A DNA stretch of 64,000 nucleotides, from contig JAFVAC010000002.1 of assembly GCA_017476265.1 (NCBI GenBank), forward strand, positions 2,344-66,343, in the 5' to 3' direction. The stretch comes from Clostridia bacterium (GTDB lineage: Bacteria; Bacillota; Clostridia; Christensenellales; DTU072). Under the pieces are notes generated by a model that made no database searches, was not told the DNA's origin, and saw only the letters and a program-made list of their open reading frames with translations. Below are positions 57,774 through 64,000 of this stretch, in pieces; positions within the stretch are counted from its first letter, which is position 1, and each line of letters begins with the position of its first letter. Made by a program: the position numbers and the translations under genes.

Positions 57774-59591
57774 ATGTCTAAAATAATCGGTATTGATTTA
57801 GGTACAACTAATTCCTGCGTAGCCGTTATGGAAGGCGGCGAAGCTGTGGTTATCCCCAATGCTGAAGGTTCTAGGACGACGCCTTCGGTAGTGGGGTTTG
57901 CAAAAGACGGCTCCCGTCTTGTTGGTCAAATTGCCAAGAGGCAGGCGGTCGTTAACGCGGATAAAACCATTTCCAGTATCAAGAGAGAAATGGGTACTTC
58001 CTATAAGGTTCATATTGACGATAAGAGCTATACTCCGCAAGAGATTTCCGCAATGATTCTAGCAAAGTTAAAGACAGACGCGGAGGCTTATCTCGGACAG
58101 AAAGTGACGCAAGCGGTCATTACCGTTCCCGCCTATTTCTCCGATAGCCAACGTCAGGCGACCAAGGACGCCGGAAAGATTGCCGGACTGGATGTCCTTC
58201 GTATTATCAACGAGCCTACAGCCGCAGCTTTGAGTTATGGTCTCGATAAAGAGGGCAAAGCGCAGAAGATCCTTATTTACGACCTTGGCGGCGGTACGTT
58301 CGACGTTTCCATTCTTGAGTTGGATGACGGTGTTTTCCAAGTGCTTGCAACCAACGGTGATACCAGACTCGGCGGTGATGATTTTGACAATGAGATCATC
58401 AAATGGATCGTCAATGAGTTCAACAAAGCCGAAGGGATTGATTTGTCGAAAGACAAAATGGCTATGCAGAGAGTCAAAGAAGCGGCGGAGAGAGCCAAGA
58501 TCGAATTGTCCGGCGTACAAAAAGCGAATATAAATTTGCCTTTCATAACGGTTGGACCCAACGGACCTTTGCACATTGATATGGATCTGACCAGAGCTAA
58601 ATTCGACGATATGACAGCCTTTTTGGTCAAAAAGACCATTGCACCGACGGAACAAGCTTTAAAAGACGCCGGATTGAAGGCGACCGATATCGATAAAGTT
58701 GTCCTTGTGGGCGGCTCGACTCGTATCCCCGCTGTTTATGAAGCAGTAAAAAAGATAACCGGGAAAGATCCCTACAAAGGAATCAATCCTGACGAATGCG
58801 TTGCATTGGGCGCGGCAATTCAAGGGGGTGTATTAGCGGGCGACGTTAAAGATGTCTTGCTTTTGGATGTTACGCCGTTGTCACTTGGTATTGAGACTAT
58901 GGGCGGGGTATTTACCAAATTGATCGACAGAAATACAACGATCCCAACCAAGAAGAGTCAAATCTTCTCTACCGCCAGCGACAATCAGACGAGTGTTGAT
59001 ATTCACGTACTGCAAGGTGAAAGAGCCATGGCGGCCGATAATAAGACTCTTGGGCGCTTTGAATTAACGGGGATCCCTCCCGCTATGCGTGGTATTCCGC
59101 AGATTGAAGTAACCTTTGATATCGATGCGAATGGTATCGTCAGTGTAACTGCTCTTGACAAAGGAACGGGCAAGACGAACAATATCACGATCACGGCTTC
59201 CAGCAATTTGACGGAAGAAGATATTGACAAGGCTGTCAAAGAGGCTGAGAAGTATGCCGAAGAGGATAAGCATCGTAAAGAAATGATTGATATGCGCAAC
59301 AACGCGGAGCAACTGATTCTTGCGATAGATAAGACCGTGCGGGAGTCCGGTGATAAGTTGTCAGAGGAGGACAAACAAACGCTTGAGAACGCGAGCAAAG
59401 ATGCAAAAGAAAAGCTCGACAAGGCTCAGACTGTCGAAGAAATACACGCTCTGACAGAAGAATTGAGCAAAGCAACGAATCCGATCTTTACAAAACTTTA
59501 TCAACAGGAACAAGCGGAAAATCCTAACGCCGGAGCTACTACAGGAGATGATGGTTCTTCCATCAATATTGATCCGGACGATATTAACTAA
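57774..59591 (+). CDS. dnaK: molecular chaperone DnaK
   Basis: [14 protein letters not shown] and [12 protein letters not shown]. Confidence 0.98.
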   Translation: MSKIIGIDLGTTNSCVAVMEGGEAVVIPNAEGSRTTPSVVGFAKDGSRLVGQIAKRQAVVNADKTISSIKREMGTSYKVHIDDKSYTPQEISAMILAKLKTDAEAYLGQKVTQAVITVPAYFSDSQRQATKDAGKIAGLDVLRIINEPTAAALSYGLDKEGKAQKILIYDLGGGTFDVSILELDDGVFQVLATNGDTRLGGDDFDNEIIKWIVNEFNKAEGIDLSKDKMAMQRVKEAAERAKIELSGVQKANINLPFITVGPNGPLHIDMDLTRAKFDDMTAFLVKKTIAPTEQALKDAGLKATDIDKVVLVGGSTRIPAVYEAVKKITGKDPYKGINPDECVALGAAIQGGVLAGDVKDVLLLDVTPLSLGIETMGGVFTKLIDRNTTIPTKKSQIFSTASDNQTSVDIHVLQGERAMAADNKTLGRFELTGIPPAMRGIPQIEVTFDIDANGIVSVTALDKGTGKTNNITITASSNLTEEDIDKAVKEAEKYAEEDKHRKEMIDMRNNAEQLILAIDKTVRESGDKLSEEDKQTLENASKDAKEKLDKAQTVEEIHALTEELSKATNPIFTKLYQQEQAENPNAGATTGDDGSSINIDPDDIN

Positions 59592-59602
59592 TCAGGTAAG
59601 GT

Positions 59603-60748
59603 ATGGCTAGTCAAGATTATTACGCCATTCTCGGCGTATCAAAAGAGGCGAGTGCGGACGACATAAAGTCCGCATATCGCCGTATGGCAAAAAAATATCA
59701 CCCGGATGTCTATGCGACTGCGGATGAAAGCAAAAAAAAGGAAGCGGAAGAAAAATTTAAGGAAGTTCAGCACGCCTATGACGTTTTGAGCGATCCGGAC
59801 AAAAAAGCGGCATATGACCAATATGGCAGCGAGGAAGGGCCTACTATGGGCTCCGGCGGATTCGGGTTTAATCCTTTTGGAGAAAACGCAGGCGGATACG
59901 ACGATCTTTTCAGCAATATTTTTTCTGCTTTTACCGGTGGAGGACAACGTAGTGCTGCCGACAGAGATGGAGATGATATTGAATATGAGCTGAATTTGTC
60001 CTTCAAAGAGGCTGTTTTTGGCGTCAAAGATAAAGAAATTGTATTCAATAGAATAGAAAAATGCTCCACCTGTAAGGGAACGGGAGCCAAAGATCCGTCC
60101 AGTATAAAGAAGTGTACAAAATGCGGTGGGCGCGGCGTAGTGACTGTTCAGCAGCGTACACCTTTTGGTGTAATGCAAACACAAAAACGATGTGATGATT
60201 GCGGTGGTTCCGGAAAGATCATTGGTGAAAAGTGCAAAGACTGTAGCGGAAAGGGTCGCGTGCGCAAGCAGAGGTCAATCAAAGTCAATATTCCCGCAGG
60301 CGTGGATAACGGACAGATGTTAACGATGCGCGGGGAAGGCTCTGCGCCTCGCGGAAACGGAAACAACGGAAACCTGATTTTGATTTTCAATGTGAGACCG
60401 CATCCTGTATTCCATCGAGACGGAGTCAATGTCAGCTTGGACTTTCCAATTACTGTCTCGGACGCAATCCTGGGAGCGACAGTAAAAGTCCCGACGATGG
60501 ACGGAAACACCGTAGATTTGAAAATACCGGAAGGGACTCAAAGCGGGACTGTACGGACAATTCGAGGAAAAGGCGTAAAATACTTGCGTCGTGACGCATA
60601 CGGTGATATGCTTGTACGTATCATCGTAGATATTCCCAAAGATTTTTCTTTGCGCCAAAAAGCCACTCTTAAAGAACTGGAAGAAACGCTGAATAAAGGG
60701 AAATACGAAGGAATTGAGCGATTTAAGAAATCTCTCAAGGATATGTAA
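59603..60748 (+). CDS. dnaJ: molecular chaperone DnaJ
   Basis: J domain with KKYHPD, a G/F region, and four CxxCxGxG zinc motifs. Confidence 0.97.
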   Translation: MASQDYYAILGVSKEASADDIKSAYRRMAKKYHPDVYATADESKKKEAEEKFKEVQHAYDVLSDPDKKAAYDQYGSEEGPTMGSGGFGFNPFGENAGGYDDLFSNIFSAFTGGGQRSAADRDGDDIEYELNLSFKEAVFGVKDKEIVFNRIEKCSTCKGTGAKDPSSIKKCTKCGGRGVVTVQQRTPFGVMQTQKRCDDCGGSGKIIGEKCKDCSGKGRVRKQRSIKVNIPAGVDNGQMLTMRGEGSAPRGNGNNGNLILIFNVRPHPVFHRDGVNVSLDFPITVSDAILGATVKVPTMDGNTVDLKIPEGTQSGTVRTIRGKGVKYLRRDAYGDMLVRIIVDIPKDFSLRQKATLKELEETLNKGKYEGIERFKKSLKDM

Positions 60749-60750
60749 AA

Positions 60751-61671
60751 ATGAAATGGTATGAGATTACCGTCAATACGAATACTGAAGGCGCCGACCT
60801 TATCGCGGACGCCTTCTTTTCGATTGGCTGTGTTGGTGGAGTAAAAATTATTGATAAAAACGATGTAATTGACATCATAAAACACAATAAAATGTGGGAT
60901 TACGTCGACGAAGCGCTTTTACAGTCTATTGATACCGTCCAAGTAAGCGGATATGTCAGTCAAGACGAAAAAGATCGAAAACTGGACGAGCTGAAAGGTA
61001 GGCTAAATGAGCTGACCCAATTCGGTGTTATGTACAGTGAAATCGTCATTGTGGAGATAGACGATGAGCTTTGGCATGAAACGTGGAAAAAGTACTATAG
61101 ACCGATCGATGCAGGTCGTTATGTGGTTATACCTAAATGGATCAAGTATGAAACGTCCGATCGAATCAAAATACTCATGGATCCGGGAATGGCGTTCGGA
61201 ACCGGAGAGCATGAAAGTACACGGATGTGCTTAGAGTTGATGAGTGAAATCGACTTTGTCAATAAAGATGTAATTGACGTCGGGACAGGCAGCGGAATTT
61301 TGGGAATAGGCGCAATAAAATCCGGCGCAAAGTCTTGTTATATGTGTGATATTGATTCCGTTGCGGTCAAAGCGGCACAAGAAAATGCAGTATTAAATGA
61401 GATTGCCGATAAGGTAGACATAGAACTCGCAGATCTTTTACAGAAGGACATAGTCGCAGATGTGGTGTTAGCCAACCTTACCGCTGGAATTCTGAAGAGA
61501 CTGGCTATTGGCTTGTCTAAGCATATGAAGGCAAACGGCGTGTTAATTTGTTCGGGAATCATCCACGAACGGAAAGAAGCAGTCATTCAAGCATTTGAAG
61601 AAAACGGCTTCCATTTGGAAAAGTCCATTACCATGGGAGAGTGGAACGCTCTAAAGTTTTTATGGATCTGA
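60751..61671 (+). CDS. prmA: ribosomal protein L11 methyltransferase
   Basis: DPGMAFGTGEHESTRMCL and DVGTGSGILGI. Confidence 0.93.
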   Translation: MKWYEITVNTNTEGADLIADAFFSIGCVGGVKIIDKNDVIDIIKHNKMWDYVDEALLQSIDTVQVSGYVSQDEKDRKLDELKGRLNELTQFGVMYSEIVIVEIDDELWHETWKKYYRPIDAGRYVVIPKWIKYETSDRIKILMDPGMAFGTGEHESTRMCLELMSEIDFVNKDVIDVGTGSGILGIGAIKSGAKSCYMCDIDSVAVKAAQENAVLNEIADKVDIELADLLQKDIVADVVLANLTAGILKRLAIGLSKHMKANGVLICSGIIHERKEAVIQAFEENGFHLEKSITMGEWNALKFLWI

Positions 61672-62369
61672 AACGCTTTTTTACAGACGATACAGATGAG
61701 GTGAATTCTTCCATTAAGATATGGGGAGAGGAGTTCGTCCATGCCGTAAAAGTGACTCGACATAAAGTCGGCTATAAGCTTATTGTCAATAATAATACCC
61801 CATTCGATTATTATTGCACGATAGTCAAGATCAATAAAGATCATCTGGAAGCAAAGATAGATAAAATAATAAAGAATGATTCGGAAAATGCCATTCCCGT
61901 TCGTCTTTACATCGGTGTAAATAAGGACCTTGATACAGTTGTACAAAAAGCGGTGGAATTGGGTGTTCAGGAAATAATCCCTTTCTATTCGGCGCACTCA
62001 AATGTATCAACCATTCATTATGACAGAATCAACAAAATAATTCTTGAAAGCGCAAAACAATGCGGTAGAGCCGTTTTACCGACTTTACATACAATGGTTT
62101 CTTTGTCACAGGCATTAAAAGAAGCGGAAGGGACGGATATTTTATTCTTTTACGAAGGGGAGAGATCGAATAGAGTTTCTGACGTAAGACTGATTCATAA
62201 TGAGGTTAGTATATTTATCGGTCCGGAAGGTGGTTTTTCTTGCGAAGAAGTACAGATGTTTTCGGGGGCCGAAAGTACTGTGTTAACTCTTGGAAAACGT
62301 ATTCTTCGAGTAGCGACGGCGGTAGTATCAGCATTTACGCTCGTCAATCAAAAATTAAGTGAGTTATGA
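61662..62369 (+). CDS. rsmE: 16S rRNA (uracil1498-N3)-methyltransferase RsmE
   Basis: MDLKRFF N-terminus, IGPEGGFS motif, and conserved position after prmA. Confidence 0.88.
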   Translation: MDLKRFFTDDTDEVNSSIKIWGEEFVHAVKVTRHKVGYKLIVNNNTPFDYYCTIVKINKDHLEAKIDKIIKNDSENAIPVRLYIGVNKDLDTVVQKAVELGVQEIIPFYSAHSNVSTIHYDRINKIILESAKQCGRAVLPTLHTMVSLSQALKEAEGTDILFFYEGERSNRVSDVRLIHNEVSIFIGPEGGFSCEEVQMFSGAESTVLTLGKRILRVATAVVSAFTLVNQKLSEL

Positions 62370-63595
62370 GGGCAGTCGTCTTTAATCTCGGATGCAAAGT
62401 CAATCGATATGAAAGTGATGTCCTTGCGCAAGAATTGCGTAGCGCAGGATACGATGTTTTTGACGAACTGGTTCCCGCTGACATTTACGTCCTCAATACT
62501 TGTGCGGTTACGGCGGAAGCAGAACGTAAATCGCGACAATCCATCGCCAGATGTAGAGCCCTTAACGCAAATGCTAAAATATTTATTTGCGGTTGCGCAT
62601 CGCAAAAATCGCCCGATTCTTTCAAAAAAGATAATGTTGTTTTTATTGGTGGAACTTCGGCTAAGAGCGTGTTATTGACTCATCTTGAAGACGCCACGTT
62701 ATTATCGGAAATCAAAGAGAACCCGAGTACCTATGAAGATTCTTTCTTGACTACCGCTAACAGAACGAGAGCTTACGTCAAGATACAAGATGGGTGCAAT
62801 AGTTTTTGTTCGTATTGCATTATACCATTTCTCAGAGGACGAAGTCGTTCCAGAGGAATCGATTCGATCGTAAAAGAAGTGGACGTTCTTTCAGCTCAAA
62901 CGTCAGAAATTGTTTTGACCGGCATTAATTTGATGGAGTACGGCAAAGATATTGGGACGAGTTTAGCTAAACTCGTACGGGCGCTTTCTTCCGTGAACGT
63001 CCGAATCAGGATCGGTTCTTTCTATGCGGAGGGGATCACTGAAGAATTTTTGGATGCACTGTTTTCTCTGAAAAAGTTCTGTCCTCATTTTCATCTTTCT
63101 CTTCAAAGCGGAGATGATCGAATCCTAAAAGATATGAATCGTAAATACACTGCGGATATTTATCGTAAAAAAATAGAAATGATCCGCTCGTATGATCCCA
63201 ATGCCTGTATAACGACAGATATTATTACCGGGTATCCCACAGAGGGAGAAATCAACCACCGTAATACTGTCACTTTTGTACGAGACTTATGTTTTTCCGA
63301 TATTCACGTTTTTCCTTTTTCGGCGCGAGTCGGAACTAAGGCAGCTTCATTACCCGTCCTATCTCCCGGCGTCGTAAAGGAAAGGAAAGATGAGTTATTG
63401 ATCCTGAAGAAACGTCTCCAGCAGAATTATCTGAGTCAAAATATCGGCATGCCGCAACATGTATTAACCGAAGAAAAAGACGGTGATTACTATGTAGGGT
63501 ATTCGCAATACTATATCAGGGTATATACTCGTCGTGAAGGCGAGATTACTTGTATTCCGACACAACAACATAAAGACGGTTTAAAGGAGGTATAA
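62366..63595 (+). CDS. mtaB: tRNA (N6-threonylcarbamoyladenosine37) methylthiotransferase MtaB
   Basis: LGCKVNRYES UPF0004 domain and radical SAM motif CNSFCSYC. Confidence 0.9.
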   Translation: MRAVVFNLGCKVNRYESDVLAQELRSAGYDVFDELVPADIYVLNTCAVTAEAERKSRQSIARCRALNANAKIFICGCASQKSPDSFKKDNVVFIGGTSAKSVLLTHLEDATLLSEIKENPSTYEDSFLTTANRTRAYVKIQDGCNSFCSYCIIPFLRGRSRSRGIDSIVKEVDVLSAQTSEIVLTGINLMEYGKDIGTSLAKLVRALSSVNVRIRIGSFYAEGITEEFLDALFSLKKFCPHFHLSLQSGDDRILKDMNRKYTADIYRKKIEMIRSYDPNACITTDIITGYPTEGEINHRNTVTFVRDLCFSDIHVFPFSARVGTKAASLPVLSPGVVKERKDELLILKKRLQQNYLSQNIGMPQHVLTEEKDGDYYVGYSQYYIRVYTRREGEITCIPTQQHKDGLKEV

Positions 63596-63934
63596 ATGGA
63601 CTGTTTATTTTGTAAAATCATTGCCGGAGAGATCCCTTCAACAAGGGTATATGAGGATGAGGATTGTATCTTGATCAAAGACATCAATCCGCAGGCAAAG
63701 ATTCACTATCTATTGATTCCAAAAGGACATTTTGAAGATATCGGGGATATAGCGCACAAAGATCCCGATCTATTGTCGAGATGTTTATCGAAAATAACCG
63801 CTTTGGCAGATTCGCTTGGGCTGGAGGGCGGTTATCGCTTAGTAACGAATAAAGGGAAGAATGGCTGTCAAAGTGTGAAGCACATTCATATACACGTTTT
63901 AGGCGGAGAAAAACTTTCAGAGAAAATGAGTTAA
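63596..63934 (+). CDS. HIT family protein (histidine triad nucleotide-binding)
   Basis: CLFCKIIAGEIP and HIHIHVLGG. Confidence 0.92.
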   Translation: MDCLFCKIIAGEIPSTRVYEDEDCILIKDINPQAKIHYLLIPKGHFEDIGDIAHKDPDLLSRCLSKITALADSLGLEGGYRLVTNKGKNGCQSVKHIHIHVLGGEKLSEKMS

Positions 63935-64000
63935 ATTATTTCAATATAAAAAGGATGGCAAGTTAGTGCTGTTCCATTAGGGATTTTATAAAAAAATAAA

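Overview
This is a chromosomal segment from an endospore-forming Firmicute with Clostridia-like gene order. It is dense with housekeeping and sporulation genes, and almost every long ORF has a clear family assignment.

Gene content in order:
- A short phage or polymorphic-toxin-like cassette at the left edge.
- A TPP-riboswitch thiT operon, then a NitT/TauT-type ABC importer.
- ruvCAB-queA-tgt-yajC, then the SCIFF peptide with its radical-SAM maturase.
- secDF-recJ-rel, then a six-tRNA operon.
- spoIIAA-spoIIAB-sigF, spoVAC/AD/AE, an M24 peptidase with efp, and spoIIIAA-AH.
- rpsO-pnp, a minus-strand LUD/GDPD pair, and lepA-hemW.
- clpB with an upstream ribbon-helix-helix (RHH) gene.
- ylxM-ffh-rpsP-KH-rimM-trmD-rbgA-rnhB-yraN-rplS.
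- A large membrane protein, tmcAL, pta-ackA and rpmF-plsX-rnc.
- hrcA-grpE-dnaK-dnaJ-prmA-rsmE-mtaB and a HIT protein.

No CRISPR array, rRNA, transposase or recognisable defence island was seen.

Main leads:
1. The essential ffh gene carries a single in-frame TAA between its NG and M domains.
2. The left-edge cassette has a papain-like Cys/His toxin-like ORF that starts with a KHPRD..GKF junction motif. A small candidate immunity ORF overlaps its stop codon.
3. The TPP-riboswitch operon encodes a ThiT with five extra N-terminal transmembrane (TM) helices and an ABC ATPase that keeps only its Walker A motif.
4. An unclassified terminator/antiterminator leader precedes a TM1266-like small regulator and the ABC importer.
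5. A 216-aa RHH-domain protein is tightly coupled upstream of clpB.
6. Two small hydrophobic peptide genes below the ORF-track cutoff are unannotated, and a perfect 21-bp-arm palindrome lies upstream of rpsO.

All family calls come from motif recognition by eye. No database search was possible.
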